Origin: Kudoa neothunni
Lineage: Eukaryota; Animalia; Cnidaria
Assembly (NCBI GenBank): GCA_964304625.1
Contig: OZ199839.1
Span: forward strand, 2,697,023-2,761,022
DNA length: 64,000 nucleotides
Reading direction: 5' to 3'
Shown here: in pieces, positions 52,344 through 64,000 of the stretch
Layout: every line of letters begins with the position of its first letter
Numbering within the stretch: the stretch's first letter is position 1
Position numbers and translations under genes: made by a program
Notes under the pieces: model-generated
What the model saw: only the letters and a program-made list of their open reading frames with translations
Told to the model about the DNA's origin: nothing
Databases searched by the model: none

Positions 52344-53911
52344 ATGAACAAATGCAATCACCTCTCAACCCTTTGTAGAATTGGTTTGTGTTTTATTCGA
52401 AGAGCAACTAACAAACGATCTCTGACAACAATTCACGTAGTTTTTGATTTCCGATTTCAGAAGTTATCAATGCATCCGTTGATGTAGGATCCTCTAAAGG
52501 AGACTATCAAAGAGAAAATACCTCCAAGATTGGAACAAATAAAAGAATTTCGAAAGAAACACAATGATGCTGTGGTTTGCAATGTGACAGTTGACCAAGT
52601 ATGCGTTCAAAATCCGACGGATCCATTTTTAACACCATTTCATCAACAGATATACAGTGGGATGAGAGGTATCAAGGCAATGACTTATGAAACTTCGCTT
52701 TTGGATCCAAATGAAGTAGGTTAAAAGTTTCATAAAGACATTGAGATAATTTCTAATAGGGAATACTCTTTCGAAATTATACCATTCCGGATGTGATTGA
52801 AAAGCTTCCCAGATATGTGTATAAAGATGGTACCAAGTCGGAACATCCTACACCGGAGGGAATTTTTTGGTTGCTTTGTACCGGTGATATGCCAACAGAG
52901 GAACAAACTCAATGGCTGTCTAAAGAATGGGCGCGACGCTCCGTACTACCGACAGCCATAAGTAGAGTGATTGACTGCTTTCCTGAGAATGTTCATCCAA
53001 TGGCTCAATTCAGTGCCGCATTATCTCTGTTGAGCTATCATAGCAATTACGTAAAAGCTCAAAATGCGGGCAAGTTGAAAAAATCTCAACATTGGCAAAT
53101 GGTGTACGAAGATTCTATGGATATGATAGCAAAAATTGGGTCTATCGCCGCAAAAATCTATCGAAATCTTTATCACGATGGACACATGTGCAGTTACGAT
53201 AAAAGCCTCGACTACACTGAAAATTTCGTTCGAATGATGGGATTTGATGATCCAAGGCTGGTTGAGTTTATGCGACTCTATCTGATCATTCATTGTGACC
53301 ACGAAGGAGGCAATGTGAGTGCTCATACCAATCGATTGGTAGCAAGCGCCAACTCGGATCCCTTTATAGCATTCGCTTCGGCTATTAATGGTCTCTCGGG
53401 TCCTCTGCATGGCAGAGCCAACCAGGAAGTAGCTGAATGGTTGGATATTCTCGTAGAAAAACATGGATTAGAACCAACCGAGGATCAGATCAAATGTTTC
53501 GTGGAGGAGTGGGTGACTCATGATGTTGTTCCAGGTTACGGTCATGCTGTACTAAGAAAGACAGATCCACGTTTTATTGCACAGTTAAATTTTGCCGAAA
53601 AATATCTACACGACGAACCAATAATTCGTATTATCAAAACACTCCATCATATCGTACCAGACGTGCTTAAATCGCTCGGCAAGGTGAAAAATCCTTATCC
53701 GAATGTGGATGCTGCTTCTGGAAGTATTTTGGAATCTTTAGGAATCAAAGATAGAAACTTTTACACTGTTCCTTTTGGTGTTAGTCGAGCTTTAGGAGTT
53801 TCTGCTGCTCTCATCTGGGACAAAGCTTTAAGATTACCTTTGGAGCGCCCAAAGAGTCTCACGACTGATGCGTTGATTAAACTGGTGGAAGGCAACTCCA
53901 AGAACAATTGA
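52344..53911 (+). CDS. CS: Citrate synthase, mitochondrial type
   Basis: Four exons; 'YSGMRGIK..ETSLLDPNEGILFR', 'DHEGGNVSAH', catalytic His 'GPLHG', His 'PGYGHAVLRKTDPR', Asp 'PNVD', 'LERPKS'. Confidence 0.97.
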
Positions 53912-54665
53912 TTATTTATCTATATTTTTCTGGTAATTGTTTCAATTTTGTTGGATCTGTGTTTCGCCATTAAAATACGTAAAATTGGAATAATTGCTAG
54001 CCATTTTTTAAATATTTACCCTAGTTCTTATACTTTTATAGTAATTTTCTTGTTGTAAAAGAATGTTTTTCATATTGAATGAGATTTGTCTACCAAGCTT
54101 ATTGGATTAGACTTGATTAATAGAACTTATTTTTACGTTTCAATCGGTGTTTACCAACGTGGGGGCGATGCTCTACCGGTGGGGAGAGGAAAAATTTTGA
54201 TGGGGTACGGATCAAGGATAACGGTGAGATAATTTGACAGTATGACGTACTTTAAAGTCAATATTGCGATTTTCGATATCGCTTATTTTAACTGACGTTT
54301 AATAAAAAAAATTCAAAAATCAATGACTAGTTATATACAAATTAATATTAGTATTTAATGTGTCCTTCACCCGAATAGAAATCAGACTGGGTTGAATCTA
54401 AGTCTTCTCTCATTGAGAATCATATATCCAACTTATTCGATTAAACCCTCTATAATATTGATTACGTTTGTATTTATATTATTTATTTCCGGTCCATTAG
54501 ACCTTTATACATGGAAGTCCTGTCTAATGCTGGTTAGATTGCCACGAGGTTTATTTGGTACTATTTTTGACGGAATCAAGAACTAAAGATCTTATTTTCA
54601 AGGTCCATCGATAAATTAAGTTAGATCTGATCGATTAAATTTAAACTTTAACGAGAAAAGTACTA

Positions 54666-57181
54666 TGGTCGTGTCTCCGTATTGCGTAGTAGCCCAATAT
54701 ATCTTGAATTTGGTCTATTTAGTTAAATTGATACATATATTAGGTATATTAATGTTAATATTATAAAATAGTTGTACAAAAATTTTTTAAATAAATGAAA
54801 GTATATATTGTCCGATATTGCGAAGTGATTTTGCATTGCATAGTAAGTTCAAGGTCCGGATTGTAGCGAGATATTGATGAGAAAAATAAAATTATTAGTT
54901 ATTATTCAATTAAATCAATTAAGAGTGTCAAAAATTGATTGCAGTGAAATTGGAACAAAGTATCCAACTGTTTTTACTTTATATTCATAATAACGATAAT
55001 TTCTGTTAAGAATATTCAACTCTCAATATAATCCTGTCAATAAAACATAAAATTACTTATTCCAATATTTCCAACAAGAGAAAGCGATTTCCTAGTGGTA
55101 AACATGAAAATGTCGATACCGAAGTTTATAATTGGATCGTGAATGCCCCAAATAATAAAAAACAAATTTCTGGCGAAATTAAGATAGCAAATGCATTGCG
55201 TGTTGCCAACGAAAAGAATATCGACAATTTTATTGCAAGTAGAGGATGGATGACTTGCTTTAAAAATAGATATGGGCTTTGCTCCGTAAGGCTCCATTGG
55301 AAAGCATCTAGTGTTGATACTTCCTCAATATATGTGTGTGGAAACTTGAGAATAAAGATATTCTGCAAAGTTACTACCCCAAAAATATTATTAATGTTGA
55401 TGAAACTGCGCTTTTTACCAACAAATTAAAAAGCGGACTTGCGTATTAAAAACAGAACAAGATGTCCGATGATCTAAAGCAGGGGTCGGTAACATACGAC
55501 CCTCGGGCCCAATCTGGCTTCTCAGTTGTTTCTATTCTGCCCACCCTGCATTGGCTGACATAAATTTTTCGTAATATCTTAAGTACCTAAAGAATTTTTA
55601 TGTTTTTATCTAGATCGTTTTCCTACGCTTTAATATGTTGTCGATATAAACATTTTAACCGACTAAAATTCATTTTCATTAAATCAGAAAACCGGAATAA
55701 ATATTATTTCTACAATAACGTTAAAATTGTTACTATAAAAGCGAAAAATATTTTTAAGAAGGCGTATAGGTACATCTAATGTAATTTGAAATCGTCCAAT
55801 AAATCATTTATTCACAAGTTGAGCACGAGTTGATTACATTGTATTGTATTTTCAAATTATTAGAATATAATACTTTGGATTTTACCTACTTGTATAGTTT
55901 AAAGAACTTTTACAAATTCTTATGTACATTATTAAATTCAAACTTTGAATTAAGAATAATTTAACATATAAGTAGATTAATGTTAATATGACCCGCATTA
56001 GAATTAGGGTATGCCTGTTCGGCCCACCACTCAAAAAGATTGCCCACCCCTGTTCTAAAGTATCCAATAAGCGCGTTACGGTTTTAGTATCGGTGGCGTT
56101 AGATGTTTCAAAATTAATATTATTTACAATTGGTAAATATCAGAAGCCTCTTTGTTATAAAAATATCCCCCATTTACCAATTGAATATTTTGACCAAATA
56201 AACTCATGGATTAACGTCTCTATCTTTTTTCAAATTATGAAAAAAATTAATAATACGTTTGAAAAAGAGAATAGAAAAGTTTTAATTTTATTAGACCAAT
56301 TCCCCTTCCATCCTATAAGACATGGACAGTACAGTATAGAAAATATTAATTTTTTTATTATTACCGAAGAATACCACATCAATATTCCACCCTTGCGAAT
56401 TAGGAATAATAAACTCATAAAAAAGCTACTATAAAAAATTTCTCAATTCGATTAATGAATTGGATGATAATGAATTAAAATTAAAATTCTATACATTATT
56501 CGATTGTTTAAACACGTTAAAAATGCACCGGATAATGTTTCAAAAGCACCAATTATTAATTTTTTCAAAAGGTCAGATGCATTTGATATTTAATATTTTG
56601 TATTAAAATTATTAAATATATGTTTAATAGTATCAACAACTATTCAAGAAATTCAAGAATTTGATGGAATTAATGAAGGTATTTTATCAAAAATTATTTA
56701 TCTAAAACTAATTAGACCAATTTGACGATGTATCATCTTCTAAAATAACGAAAATGTTCACGATGAAGAAAACTCCTTCCCCGTCGTTAATGGCGACGTA
56801 GATGATAAATCTGATAATGAAAAGGCTGAAACAGATGAGGCTATAAAATGGTCCCTACAAAGAAAATTAGGGAAGCAATACAAATTTGAGGGAAACTTTT
56901 ATCGCGGAAGAACCGGAAGGTTTATTCGACTTAAACCCTGTAATGGAACGACTGATCTCAATACCAAAAAAAATAAGTCCAAACTACGATAACGGACTTT
57001 TTCCACAAAAAATAAAAATAATTATCATATAAAACCGAATTTAAATTTTTTTCTGGATTCTATACATTAAAAAATAGGTTAGTCATAAAAATACAATTTC
57101 CCTCCAATGCGCTTGCTGTGCCTCGGTATTGCGCACTAAAATCGAATCCCCAGTTCATTTCGCAGTATCGAGGTTCGACTG
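54666..57181 (+). mobile_element. Tigger-like transposon with pseudogenised transposase
   Basis: 'NFIASRGWMTCFKNRYG' (CENP-B HTH), 'NVDET', 'KRVTVL', 'IGKYQKP', 'RKVLILLDQFPFH'; right TIR cgcagtatcgaggttcgactg|TA; degenerate left TIR at 54666. Confidence 0.85.
55480..56052. mobile_element. hAT-Charlie-type MITE inserted in the Tigger transposase
   Basis: TIRs caggggtcggtaa / ttgcccacccctg; 8-bp TSD atctaaag / ttctaaag (7/8). Confidence 0.85.
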
Positions 57182-57743
57182 TATATATTAATTGCTTTAA
57201 AATTTTAATACGTTAGAAAGCTTAATAAAATTATCAACAGATTAAGTTAAAAAATCAATACTTACGAAAGAGGTGGAATGTAACTTTTTCCAAGATAAAG
57301 TGGGGCGCGATAAAAAAAAGGTTGGAAAATACTGGTCCAAACTATAACAGTTGTGTTTATGGAGTAATTACAGATTACAGAGACATCAAAAGATTCACAA
57401 ATAATTATAAAATGCTAGTTGAAATATGTCACTCGCATAAAGGATGAAAAATGACTTGATAAAATTAATAGCAGGAGACTGAAAAATCACTCCACTGTGT
57501 ATAATGGAGGAAATAAACCTTTCCGTGCAGCTTCCCACGTTTTGGAAATAGTTGAAGTTGATGAGCAAGACTTTATAACCCAAGAAACCGACACGGACAA
57601 TTACAAATTGCGAAGATGTGAAAAGAGAGCAGATAATATATGCAAGATAGTATATAGATAATCTCATCGATCACAGATTAACAAATTTATATGTGGATAA
57701 ATGCATCTGCGAACTATATACACAGGAAACTTGGGATCAACTA

Positions 57744-57818
57744 CAGTCGGTAATCGATTCTGCACACATTTTGTGAATATATTTAATTATAACTCTAAAT
57801 GTTTCTAATGTTTATATA

Positions 57819-57859
<41 letters not shown>

Positions 57860-59358
57860 CATATGGATAATTTCGGTTCAAGTAACAGACTGTAAATGAT
57901 GTAAAATACGTAGCCAAAATCATGTGACGTATGGCTTTTGCACACTTTTTTCCGGGCATTCTGTTGATCAATGTAGCATTATTCGCCGAAAAATTAGAAA
58001 TTTTGCTATAAGCGAAGATAAAAATACAACGACATTAGAATGAAAATGCAAAATAATAAAATGTTTCGGCAATCTTTCATAAATAAACGTTAAGATAGTT
58101 ATTGTGAGACATTTCAACATATCAAATATAGCAATCCTAAATGGTCTCCTAGAAAAAATAACTAAATTTTATCCCTAATTTAAAAAAGTTTAGATCGTTT
58201 CCTATCATTGTTAGTACTGGAAATTGATTTGTATATTACACGAACCAAAATTACTGATGTGTTCAAAAACTGAAACTTAGTATCGCTCGATTTTTCTCTG
58301 TTGTGGAATTTATATTCGTTTATACTATTCCAATAAAAAACCATCAATTTTTCTTCTAAATTCCAATAGAGGGGGGTATATAATTATTATGTGCACATGC
58401 AAATAGTGTGTAAGACGGGGCGTTCAATGAGATTATCGGATAAAACCCAAGATTCGGTTAAAAACCCCAAGGTCACAAAGAAAACACAATAATATTATTA
58501 AAATAACGATTTTTGTTTAAATGAGTTTTCTAATTATTTCCGCCAATTGAATCATCTTCACAGCCCTCAGTTAGGGAGTTTGATCTATGTTTCAGGTGCT
58601 CAAGGTACCGTTGGCTCACATCATTTATTGGTTTATTAGTTGGTTGCGACGTCAAACAAGTAGTATTATTTCTTCTGATCAACTGCTTTGCGATAAGTTT
58701 ATATTTTACAGTTTCAGCCTTTAATGATGTAGTTTGTTTAGTTTTTAATGCGTTAATTGATGAATAAATTCGAACAACATTTACAGTGGCTAGAATTTCT
58801 GTCCTTAGCATACTGATCAAGCCAGTCTTTAAAATCTACTTTTGACCCATCTCAATTGGAGCATATATTATCCCACGCTCTTTTGGAGCTCCGTTTGAAA
58901 TTTCGAGTATACTTTAAAATAATATACGCTAATAACATAAAAATATGTTATCAACATATTAGAACATTTAAAGACAGCTTTGAAATACCCTAATACAATC
59001 ACAGAATAATAAGAATAATTGATTAAATAACAATTATACAAAGGTCGGAAAAGAGTGAGTAGCGGCAATTGCGATATCTTATTAAAATTTCGGATAATTT
59101 TAATTCTCTCCATTACTAAAGTAATAAATGTTACTATTCTACCTAATTCTAAAACTTATTATTTATAAAATGGCCTCAAAGAATTTAATAATCTAAAAGT
59201 TTTGCAAATAAATAAAAAACCCAAGGTTAGTAGAAAAATCCCAAGATCTTGGGGAGAAACCCAGGGTTTGGATGTCCTGGTATAAACGGGGTTATGGATC
59301 AATTTTTCACACTTTTTTCATGGTCCGGGAGGGATTATGCAAAATCGATTACCTACTG
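57744..59358. mobile_element. Tigger-like MITE with nested hAT-like element (58416-59279)
   Basis: TIRs cagtcggtaatcgattctgca / tgcaaaatcgattacctactg, TA flanks. Inner element has ends cggggcgttcaa / ttggatgtcctg and repeated AAACCCAAG-like subterminal motifs. Confidence 0.75.
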
Positions 59359-59476
59359 TATAACAATAATTATGGCTCTAAGCTCAACTAATATAACACA
59401 ATTCGATTCCATTTTTACTGATGTAAATCACTAAATATTTTAAGCATTTCTAAAAACGTTGGACGTAGTTAGAGTG

Positions 59477-60518
59477 CAGAGGTGGCCAGACTTGTTGAGA
59501 TCGGGAGCCAACTTTAAGGTTGCCTAAATTTTCAAGAGCCACAAGGCATTAAAATAATTTATGGACCTCTTCTTTATTTAAGACTTACATTTTTGGAAAA
59601 TATTTAGATAAAATATTGTAGAAATATAAGTAGAGATTTTTTAATTTTTTTCATATTCAGTTAATCGTTGGAAAACTTACGTATAATTTTTACAAGTATA
59701 ATTTATGAGGATTTTTTCAAAAAATTAAAATGATAATTAATAATCCAAGAAATTTTTCTCTATGAAGAAAGTCGAATAAATAAGAAACTATTTTTCATAT
59801 TTAATCATACATGGTAATCTAACAAAAAATAAAATAAAATATTTACGAATAACGTAATAACACAAGAATTTAATGCTTTCGAATTATTTTTAGAAATTGT
59901 CTCTAATGTTACAGGTTTTTTGTTTCCATATTATCAGTGAGCTACGGTAATTTGGTTCGTACGCTGTTAACGCTGTACGGATTTGTTCCGTCAGGTGTTT
60001 ATTTTCGAAGCAGGGATCCGTGATGCTTCGATCTTACAAATTTCATCGTTGAATAAATAAACCCACAACATTAAGTTGTTCCGAAGATAGAAACAAGCTT
60101 GAGACAAGTTTCTTTTAATTTCGAATATTTAGTTTCTGGAATGTCTTTCCATAATTCGCCTGGCGAGTTGGAAATATGAATCATTTTTAAAACTTTATTA
60201 CGTGTTTTATTCTTTTGATATCTATCATTTCGGTAATAGATAAACATTAGATCCAATTGTATTTCTTCATGAAACTAGTAATAGTTCTAGTTTGTATCAA
60301 ATATTAAAACTATATAGTAGTTTTTAAGTATTTTTTCTAATCAAAAATATTATCTAGTTTACGATTAAAGAGCTCATTTCTTCACTTGATTAAATAGTTT
60401 AAACTTTGTAGATTTTCTTAGGCAACCTGCTGGCAGAATTAAAAAAATTCAACTCGAACAAAACTTTTTTCAAGCGCCCTATCTTAACATTCAAAAAGCC
60501 ACGGTTGGGTCATCCCTG
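59477..60518 (-). mobile_element. hAT (GTF2IRD2/SPIN-like) internally deleted element; copy 2
   Basis: Ends cagaggtggcc / ggtcatccctg; ORF 60071-60256 'LWKDIPETKYSKLKETCLKLVSIFGTT'; about 550 bp homologous to 32434-33000. Confidence 0.8.
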
Positions 60519-61559
60519 TTATAATCGATGGGAGACTCTCTGTGGAAATGGATAATATACGTTTTCACCATTCAAATGTAGAGTAATATAATATGTATGA
60601 ATATAAAGTAAGATACCTATTAATTTATAACTCATTTTAAAAAAAGCGCTAAAGTATTTAATCAGAAAATTCATTATTCAGCATAATAATCTTTAGATAA
60701 GAAGAGATGCTATTCTCGATCTAATAGAATAAGCCACAAACTCCTTATCTTTGGATAATTTGAAAAAATATCTTTATCATTCGGAAAGCTTCCTTGGAGA
60801 ATGTCACAAACTTCTTCATATCGAATGGAATTGGCCATTTATATTTCAATAATTGAGACCCCATTTAGTTCGGCTTATTCAAACTAAATAACGATTCTTT
60901 TACAAAAATTAAAGCAACTATAATAAGTTTTATCTTTATTTATCATTGAAAGTTCTAATGAGATTGTCAATAATTCCAGCATGGGATACAAAACCTGATA
61001 ATATATTTTATGAAGATTACAGTTATTTTTTAACATATAACGCGAAACAATACCTTTAAATATAAATCTCTTAATTTTTTAGAAGATAATATGATAAAAA
61101 AATGTTTCATTTAGCACTTAGATAACAAAAACAAGTTTCAACCCTAGGTGACATGTTAAATCGTTTTAATCCCCCTTTTTAGATTACGAGATACGATGTT
61201 AAATTTGCCAATTTGGTTCATTAACAAACCCAAACTAATCGAAATGTTTTCCTAGGTTGAAATCTCTAAAAAAATATTCGTTTAAATCTTATAATTCCAT
61301 AATATTTCTTTGCCATCGTCTGAATTAACACAAACATATCGATAATACCAGTTTTTGCGTCTAAAACCGAGATACTTTAGCTTGCGGTTAACGACAATTT
61401 TATCTCTTTATTTAATAACGCTAGATAAAAGGATTAGGTTATATATATATATATATATATATGAGTACCAAAAATATACATACTATTTTAATCTGATTAC
61501 GGTTAAGATTCATATAAGAAAAACATTAACCAAAGAATATCTCCGAATGCTGAAAATAA

Positions 61560-61790
61560 CCTTTTAGGTAATGTCCAGTCAACTTGTTTCAATCATTTCT
61601 CATATCTCCTCCAATAATCTTTTTGGGTGAAATAGTAGCCCTATATTTTTTGTCCAAATCACTTAACGTTGACCTCGGAATTCTTAAATCCTCGAAAACT
61701 TCTTTCCGGTCTTATCCTTTGTTAATAACGACAAGATGAGAATAAAGAGCTCTCTTATCTTCAGGATAATGCATTTTTGTTGACATCTTG
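61560..61790 (-). mobile_element. Tc1/IS630-like transposase HTH fragment
   Basis: 'MHYPEDKRALYSHLVVINKG*DRKEVFEDLRIPRSTLSDLDKKYRAT..IGGDMR' resembles the paired-like HTH plus GGxR linker; internal stop. Confidence 0.5.
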
Positions 61791-62327
61791 AATGCCGCTT
61801 GATTTACATCTAGTATCAGTTGCGACGGATCCGGTATTGCTTACAACGCATCCGGTTTTGGATGCAAAAATTGATATTTTATAACTGAAATTTAGCCGTA
61901 TTCACAATTTTTCCTCTTTACGCATTCTTTCCCCAAATACAATCGAATTAGCCGCTATTCAAGGGGTGAGTTATTATAATCCCCCAAATCGTGTTACCTA
62001 GCGGTGGGCTTTACGTAGGTGTCTGTAAGTTAAACACGAGGACTACCGGTTAGATAGATAACTGAATGGATAAATGCCATTGTCCGGTTGTGATGGCATA
62101 AATTTTTGTAATGCAAAATGAACTATTATATTATTTGTAGATGATTGTCTGGTCATTTATGTTGTTTGTCTCGTTTTCTCTGATGTCACGTTATTGAAAA
62201 ATTTTGAATAGATTATCATTTTTTATCTTCTAGTTTTTCTATCTAGCATCATTATGAATAAATAAGACCAAATTTTACACATTAGTATAAGCATGCGTGC
62301 GTCGACGCTGAGTAGCCCTCGAACCAG

Positions 62328-63433
62328 ATGGCTTCGTCCACACAACCCCCGAGTGGTCGAGTGAGTATTTCACAATTATGCCAACAGCTGAAGGTGATCA
62401 TCTATGTGCCGAAAAATTTATATTGAATTTTTCGTTAGATTTACACCAAAAACCATCTCATCGAATCTATTTCATTTTTGATTCGCTGTTTCATGCTATG
62501 CCTCACCTTGATCTATCTATATAAAAGCATATTGTAATCATTTCACATATATTTTTGTGACTTTTTTAAATAACTATAACAAATAAAATTTTAGCCAACC
62601 GATGGGCTGCCATAGTATTTATTACAAACTATTGGTTAGCAACATTTTAATAAATGGATTGAGATTATCGCAAAGACTCCATCGAGTATAAGGAATTTGT
62701 AAAATTATTCAGTAATTTTGATGTAGCCATTTGTGTTTTCGTGGAACCATTTGGCTGCTGCGATGAGTGAGGATAGCTCTCATTACTTGATTGTTAGTTT
62801 GCTTTTGATTTTTGTCCCACCGTTTACACGTAGTTTGAGGCGTTTTCTCTTGTATTTAAGTACGGTTTGTAGTTTTTCTTGTTCCGTTGGTGCTTTACTG
62901 TATATTACAAGTGGCGATGTATATTTATCGGTTTGAATTGGTATGACTGCTTGTTGGATTGTCGCATTTATATTACTGTCTTTTTTATTTGATAGCATAT
63001 GAATACTCAATATCCAGGATTTATTATCTACTAGTAATTTAAGTGTGTTGGTTGGTAGTAAGTGAGCTCAATTGTAGTAAACCGTGCTTGAATCCTATCA
63101 ACAGATTACTACAACAATCGGTCACCACCAAGATCTATGTTCACATAGCTATACTTGAATTGACCAATTTGCTGTCTTTGATAATGCTCTGTATATGGTA
63201 ATCCGATTTTGTTCAAATTCATTCACTTTACATTATCTAGGTCTAGGAGAGGATATGTATTCATCCTCTTCTATATAAATTTCCTCACGTTACGCGCCAA
63301 TTCTCACCGAAATCCACACACCAGAAATATGCTTATTGTCATAAAACAGGCTATACGGGAGATGACACGCAGCGAAAAATGCCCTGCATTTATTCGAAAA
63401 TTCCTCCTCTATATCTTTCATACACTTGGATGA
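62328..63433 (+). CDS. TMEM33: Transmembrane protein 33 (Pom33/Krueppel homolog 2 family)
   Basis: Spliced 'MASSTQPPSGR|..YYKLLVSNILINGLRLSQRL..AMSEDSSHYLIVSL..FLVPLVLYCILQ..YINFLTLRANSHRNPHTR..CPAFIR' matches TMEM33 blocks (ALRLHQRL, EDSCHYL, FLTLRYSSRRNPY). Confidence 0.9.
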
Positions 63434-64000
63434 TCGTTTTATTTGCATTGTTACAATATAGTGCTTGTTCTATTTGGGAATGATGTATTTTTGAAATGTT
63501 AAACAATGTATTATCATTCACCATTGTGAATTTGATTTTTTTATCTTTTTGTTTTTTTTTACGTTTATGCTACCTTATTCTACGTCTAACACCCAGCTGT
63601 GGCTAGTTTGATCTCTCCCAAATAATGATAAATTCGCGCGTCACCCTCATTAGTTCGACCCTGGCTACTCTTGATAATTTTTTGTGGGGAAATGGCTGTT
63701 GACCACGGATCATAATATCAAAGTATGTGTAATTTTAACTGTATTGAATTATTTTTGGTCCATATGAAAGGTATCGATGGGTCAATAATAATTAAATATA
63801 GCAGATTCTAAAGAATGAGCTTAATTGAGCACCTATATATAAAGGTTACCATGATTTAGAATTAGAATTAAGCTTGCGTCCATGCCATTTTAAATTAAAA
63901 CTTTTTGAGTCAATAGGCAATATTTTATGCTAGAATTTCTTTTTTGCTTAAGAGTGTGCAAAGAACATATTGATCAGAATTTATCTAATTAATTTTTTTT

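Larger units (their letters stand above)
54145..57334. mobile_element. Outer hAT-type MITE of a three-level nest
   Basis: Ends cggtgtttaccaac / gttggaaaatactg with GGGGCG subterminal motifs at both ends; TSD not conserved. Confidence 0.5.

Noticed and set aside
3651-53464. Antisense ORFs (3651-4236, 6043-6444, 25068-25919, 30213-30485, 53021-53464 and others)
   Set aside because: Shadows of real genes or transposases on the opposite strand; no independent motifs.
57395-57667. 90-aa hydrophobic ORF as a small membrane protein gene
   Set aside because: Wedged between transposons, with no recognisable family or exon context; hydrophobic bias is expected from AT-rich DNA.
58440-59275. AAACCC(A/C)AG repeats as telomeric or CRISPR-like array
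   Set aside because: Irregular, clustered at both ends of a TIR element; typical hAT subterminal repeats with no constant repeat-spacer period.
63590-63720. snRNA candidate (Sm-like aattttttg; faint U4-like words on the minus strand)
   Set aside because: No snRNA stems or 5' sequence recognisable; better explained as a coding exon on the minus strand.

Overview
AT-rich eukaryotic (animal-type) genomic DNA with very short GT-AG introns (mostly 40-60 nt). The compact gene islands, small introns and divergent proteins would fit a reduced parasitic metazoan such as a myxozoan; this is inference only. Genes reconstructed by hand: the 3' end of V-ATPase subunit A, RPL14, a heat-shock factor, TRMT61A, RBM19, a highly divergent ferrochelatase homologue, lipoyl synthase, a ZDHHC5/8-like palmitoyltransferase, an unassigned helical protein, citrate synthase and TMEM33. 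There is also a decayed gene for a Cys-rich FN3-like type I membrane protein. Intergenic DNA is largely old transposons: pogo/Tigger, MULE, hAT, piggyBac-like, Tc1-like, LINE remnants and a tRNA-derived SINE, often nested. The most striking observation is the ferrochelatase-fold gene (26479-28053). Its spliced frame is intact and begins with an Arg-rich presequence-like N-terminus, but it has lost the catalytic His and Glu. It keeps three of the four [2Fe-2S] cysteines, with Asp at the fourth position, so it is a candidate Fe-S pseudo-enzyme. A CGTGC motif also recurs just upstream of most housekeeping genes. No CRISPR array, rRNA or intact tRNA gene was seen.
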